Below are positions 60,166 to 64,000 of a DNA stretch of 64,000 nucleotides, one piece after another. The notes under the pieces are model-generated. The model worked only from the letters and a program-made list of their open reading frames with translations, did not search any database and was not told where the DNA came from. A program made the translations under genes and the position numbers. Position 1 is the first letter of the stretch. The number at the start of each line of letters is the position of its first letter. The stretch is from a virus. The stretch is taken from the IMG/VR virus record IMGVR_UViG_3300013013_000010; one strand, given 5' to 3'.

Positions 60166-63100
60166 CGGTCAACGAGACCCACCTCGCCGCCGGGTCGTTC
60201 AGCCTGACCCTGCACCCCACCATCCCGCGCGGCGTGCGCGCCGCCCTGGCCGCCTACGGCCACGTGCTCATCACCCCCGCCCCGCTGCAGCCCCACCAGC
60301 TCGGCACCGCCCTGACCGCCGCCCGCTACGTCGGGGTGCTGCGCAGCGCGGGCTTCGACGCGGTCACCGGCGACTACACCATCTCCGGCGCGGGCCTGGC
60401 CACCTGGCTCGGCGACGAGGACGGCAAGGGCCCGGTCATCCGCACCCCCGTCCGCCTCGGCGTCGACGCCGACCCGCCCGCCGCCGCGGTCCCCTTCGCC
60501 ACCGCCGTCCGCGCGGTCCTGCCCGACGCCTACGAGGGCACCATCCATGCCGTCGGCGGCGGCTACTCCGGCATCCACTACCTGGAGACCCCACGCGCCG
60601 CCATCGACTTCATCTGCAAGACCATGGGCGCGGAGTGGCGGGTGCGCACCGACGGCCGGTGGGACCTGGGCACCCCCGCCCAGCTCTTCGGCTCCACCCC
60701 GACCGCGATCGTGGCGCGCACCGCAGCCGACCGCGACGCCGAGCTGCGCCCCCTGGCCGCCAGCGCCCTGAGCGTGGACACCGACCACGCCACCGTCGCC
60801 ACCCGCGTCGTCGTCGTCGGCCCCACGGTCAACTCCGACAGCTACGACGAGAAGGTCGTCACCGCCACCGCCGAGGTCGCCCCCGGCGACAACCCCTACC
60901 TGGACCTGTTCGGCGCCCCCGCCGACCTCACCGTCCTGATCGACGAGCCCGAGTCCACCCCCGGCAACGCCGACCCCCGCGCCCAGGCCGCCCTCACCGA
61001 ACGCAGCGCCGCCGCGCGCACCGTCACCCTGTCCACCGGCGACTACGACGTCTCCGGCGACGTCACCCCCGGCGGCTACGTCTACTGCTACGACCTGGAC
61101 GCCGGGCTGGTCGACCCCGCCACCTCCGTGCGCTTCCGCGGCCAGGTCATCAACCCCGTCACCCTGCGGGTGGTGTCACTCACCTGGCCGGTCGCCCGCG
61201 GCATGGGCGTGTACTACCGCGCCGCCGACGGCACTCTCACCGACCTCACCGCCTGGGTCGCCTTCGACGACGGCGACACCGCCATCGAGGTCGGCGCGCT
61301 GGGCCGCACCCTGGCCGGGCTGTCCACCGGCACCATCGCCGAGCGCGTCCACGCCTCCGACCTCGACACCACCGTCCCCGGCCAGCCGACCGGCCTGGCC
61401 GTCACCGCCACCGGCTCCTACGTCAACGCCCTGGGCGCCACCCGCGCCTGGGCCGAACTCGACTGGGGCCAGCCGCTCAACCTCGACGGCTCCACGATCA
61501 CCGACGGCGACCGCTACGAGGTCCGCTACCGCCAGGCCGCTGCCCCGACCGCCATCGCCCGCATCAACGTCGGCGGGCCGCAGGTCACCACCCCCGACGG
61601 CGTGGTCTGGGTCGCCGACGCCCACTTCACCGGCGGCGAGGTTTCCGGCGGGCCCGCCGACGTCGCCAACACCGACGAGGACGTCCTGTACCTCGACGAG
61701 CGCTACGGCACCTTCTCCTACGCCATCCCCATCCCCGAGCCGGGCACCTACACCGTGCGCCTGCGCACCGCCGAGCTGTTCTTCACCGAGCCCGGCCAGC
61801 GCCAGTACAACGTCGCCATCGAGGGCGTCACCGTCCTCACCAACCACGACATCATCGCCCACGTCGGCGCCGCCACCGCCGACCCCCACACCTTCGTGGT
61901 CACCGCCACCGGCGCCACCCTGGACGTGTCCTTCACCCCCGGCGCCGCCGACGTCGCGCTGCTCAACGCCATCGAGGTCCTCGCCGGGGACGCCACCGCG
62001 GCCACCGGCACCGGCGACTACGCCTACACCGCCGTGTACTTCGACACCTCCGCCCTGCGCCTGACCGATCTGGACCCCGGCGGCTACTACGGCGTGTCGA
62101 CCCAGGCGGTGGACGCCAACGGCAACGCCTCGGGCTATCCCCCCGACGTCGGCTTCACCGCCTCCCCCGACCTCATCGCCCCGTCCACCCCGGCCGCCCC
62201 CACGGTCGCGGGCAACCCCCTGTCGGTCCAGGTCCGCCACTCACTCGGCCGCGCCACCGGCGGCACCTACAACCTGGAAGCCGACCTCGTCCGCCTCGAC
62301 GTCCACGCGGGCACCAGCGCCGACTTCACCGCCGACGCCACCAACCTGGTCGGCTCCATCCCCGCCACCGCCTCCAGCCTGGCCCTGGGGGTGCCCGCCA
62401 TCGGCGACTTCCCCGTCCCCGACACCACCCCCCGCTGGCTGCGCGTGCGCGCCGTGGACGCCGCCGGGAACGCCTCGCCCGCCTCGGCCTCCGCCACCGT
62501 CACCGCGCTGCTCATCGGCACCCAGCACATCGCCGACGCCGCGATCACCAGCGCCCAGATCGCAAACGCCGCGATCACCAGCGCCGCGATCGCCGACCTT
62601 GCCGTCACCACCGCCAAGGTCGCCAACGCGGCCATCGCCGAGGCCCAGATCGCCGACCTGGCCGTGACCACCGCCAAGGTCGCCCTGGCCGCCATCGACA
62701 CCGCCCGGATCGCCGACGCCGCGATCACCACCGCCAAGGTCAACGACCTGTCGGCCACCAAGCTGACCGCGGGCACCATCACCGCCCAGCTCATCCAGCT
62801 CACCGGCGACAACGCCAAGCTGCGTGCCTACGTGACCCCCGGCAACTCCCCGGAGTTCGGCTCCGGGATCGGCCCGGACACCAGCGCCTACAACGGGCTG
62901 ACCCTGTCAGAGACCAACTACAACAACATCTTCGCCCGGCGCGCGTCCGACGGCGCGATCCTGTTCCGCCTCAACTCCGGCGGGGCCCGCTCGCTAACCT
63001 ATGACTCCTCCACCGGCGCCATCAGCCTGCGCGGCGAGATCGTGCAGGAGACCAACAAGGCGTACACCGGCTTTCCCTCCACCTCCTACTGGACCAAGCT

Positions 63101-63743
63101 GACCATCGACCAGGGCGACTACGACCTGGAATGGCAGTACAAGGTCTCCGGGGGCACCTACTCGCGCGAGGGCTGGCTGCGGTACTGGGAGGACGCCGAC
63201 GGGCTTGCCGTGGAGCTGGCCTCCAAGAACCGCCTACGGATCATGACCGGCGAGCTGCGGGTGCGCACCTTCGACAACAGCGCCTACGCCCCGCTGCGCG
63301 CCTCGATCCTGGGGGTGCGCTTCACCAGCCACTCCACCCACACCGACCAGGCCCGCCTCACCTACGTTGCCGAGCCCGGCGGCACCTTCTACCGGCTCAC
63401 GCTCGCCTCGGACAACGGCGTGCACGTCACCAACCTGGGCGCCACCGAATGGCGGGGCGTGTTCGCCGCCTCGTTCAACGTCTCCTCCGCGCCGAGCAAC
63501 AAGCGCGACGTGGTCCCCGCCGACGACGACGTCTCCCTGCTGCTGTCCACCCCTATCTACCGCTACCGCCTGCCCGAGGACGCACCGGACCGGCCCAGGC
63601 GCTGGGGCCTCATGGTCGGGCAGGTGCCGCCAGACCTTGAGGAATCCGGCGTCGCCGTGGACCTGTACTCGCTGACCACTATGAACACCCGCGCGCTGCA
63701 GCTCCTGTCTGCCCGCCTGGACCGCCTGGAGGCCCGAAGATGA
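60162..63743 (+). CDS. Tail tip/fibre protein with Fn3-like, malectin and beta-repeat regions and a peptidase S74 chaperone
   Basis: RINVGG....DG..W.AD..F.GG...Y.VRL..AE..F...GQR..NV.IEG malectin; IADAAITSAQI repeats; SS...K.DV..Y.Y...G.....V...VDLY C-terminus; GTG at 60162. Confidence 0.85.
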   Translation: MTVNETHLAAGSFSLTLHPTIPRGVRAALAAYGHVLITPAPLQPHQLGTALTAARYVGVLRSAGFDAVTGDYTISGAGLATWLGDEDGKGPVIRTPVRLGVDADPPAAAVPFATAVRAVLPDAYEGTIHAVGGGYSGIHYLETPRAAIDFICKTMGAEWRVRTDGRWDLGTPAQLFGSTPTAIVARTAADRDAELRPLAASALSVDTDHATVATRVVVVGPTVNSDSYDEKVVTATAEVAPGDNPYLDLFGAPADLTVLIDEPESTPGNADPRAQAALTERSAAARTVTLSTGDYDVSGDVTPGGYVYCYDLDAGLVDPATSVRFRGQVINPVTLRVVSLTWPVARGMGVYYRAADGTLTDLTAWVAFDDGDTAIEVGALGRTLAGLSTGTIAERVHASDLDTTVPGQPTGLAVTATGSYVNALGATRAWAELDWGQPLNLDGSTITDGDRYEVRYRQAAAPTAIARINVGGPQVTTPDGVVWVADAHFTGGEVSGGPADVANTDEDVLYLDERYGTFSYAIPIPEPGTYTVRLRTAELFFTEPGQRQYNVAIEGVTVLTNHDIIAHVGAATADPHTFVVTATGATLDVSFTPGAADVALLNAIEVLAGDATAATGTGDYAYTAVYFDTSALRLTDLDPGGYYGVSTQAVDANGNASGYPPDVGFTASPDLIAPSTPAAPTVAGNPLSVQVRHSLGRATGGTYNLEADLVRLDVHAGTSADFTADATNLVGSIPATASSLALGVPAIGDFPVPDTTPRWLRVRAVDAAGNASPASASATVTALLIGTQHIADAAITSAQIANAAITSAAIADLAVTTAKVANAAIAEAQIADLAVTTAKVALAAIDTARIADAAITTAKVNDLSATKLTAGTITAQLIQLTGDNAKLRAYVTPGNSPEFGSGIGPDTSAYNGLTLSETNYNNIFARRASDGAILFRLNSGGARSLTYDSSTGAISLRGEIVQETNKAYTGFPSTSYWTKLTIDQGDYDLEWQYKVSGGTYSREGWLRYWEDADGLAVELASKNRLRIMTGELRVRTFDNSAYAPLRASILGVRFTSHSTHTDQARLTYVAEPGGTFYRLTLASDNGVHVTNLGATEWRGVFAASFNVSSAPSNKRDVVPADDDVSLLLSTPIYRYRLPEDAPDRPRRWGLMVGQVPPDLEESGVAVDLYSLTTMNTRALQLLSARLDRLEARR

Positions 63744-63949
63744 CCACCGCTGATAGCCCCGCCACCACCACCACCCCCGCCCCCGCGGTCGACGCCTCCC
63801 GCGTCATCGCCGCGCTGTCTGAGCGCATCGGCCAGCTCAGCGTGGACCTCGCCGTCCGCGACGTGCTCCTGGACGACCTGCGCGCCCAGCTCGCCGCCCC
63901 CCAGCACCCCACCGCGCCACCGACCGCGCCACCGACCACCCCCGCCTGA
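63740..63949 (+). CDS. Small coiled-coil tail-associated protein
   Basis: VI..L..RIG.L....A.....L..L; ATGA overlap. Confidence 0.7.
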   Translation: MTTADSPATTTTPAPAVDASRVIAALSERIGQLSVDLAVRDVLLDDLRAQLAAPQHPTAPPTAPPTTPA

Positions 63950-64000
63950 CCTGGGCTAGCATCGTCTGACAGGGGCGCTGACCCGCCCCGTTGCCCCCGG

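Noticed and set aside
62520-62760. 15-nt periodic repeats in the tail fibre as a possible DGR variable region
   Set aside because: They encode IADAAITSAQ-type structural repeats; no reverse transcriptase or template repeat seen
1-64000. Many long overlapping or antisense ORFs rich in R/P/G/A (e.g. 55360-59175, 37027-39675, 18217-20538, 32337-34304)
   Set aside because: Shadow ORFs expected at about 75% GC; they overlap motif-bearing genes and have no recognisable domains
1-64000. Integrase, attachment sites, DNA polymerase/primase, rRNA or IS elements
   Set aside because: No supporting motifs found; lifestyle (temperate or lytic) cannot be decided from this window

Overview
The whole window is bacteriophage DNA: a very GC-rich (about 75% by eye) tailed dsDNA phage or prophage. 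It is siphovirus-like (2372-aa tape measure, tail tube genes, no sheath). The host is probably an actinomycete, judging from actinophage-like gene families and many apparently leaderless TAnnnT-start codon arrangements. No integrase, polymerase or host housekeeping gene is visible. Layout: (i) 0.2-17.3 kb, a mostly leftward early region: L,D-transpeptidase, family-4 UDG, ERCC4 nuclease, DNA methyltransferase, AAA/Cas4-like recombination pair, DinG-like helicase, DUF932, ParB-like protein and four tandem tRNA-like RNAs. (ii) 17.4-19.7 kb, terminase. (iii) 19.8-30.4 kb, an insert separating terminase from portal: inverted endolysin, a repeat-rich noncoding gap, many small genes, an RNA ligase, an RHH/Doc toxin-antitoxin pair and the module below. 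(iv) 30.4-64 kb, head, neck and tail genes, with three toxin-like cargo genes and a promoter-bearing accessory island. The strongest candidate for a new system is at 28854-30390: a stand-alone RAMP/Cas7-like gene, followed directly by three noncoding tracts of strict 5-nt periodicity (conserved CGC/GGC triplet alternating with a variable dinucleotide, 47 units), then a ParB-like gene. This resembles an RNA-guided system with a non-contiguous guide code. The second candidate is at 13361-13724: four tRNA-like genes sharing one scaffold, whose anticodons (His, Leu, Cys, Lys) conflict with their acceptor identity elements (two Ala-like, one His-like). All protein calls come from motifs recognised by eye; no database search was run.
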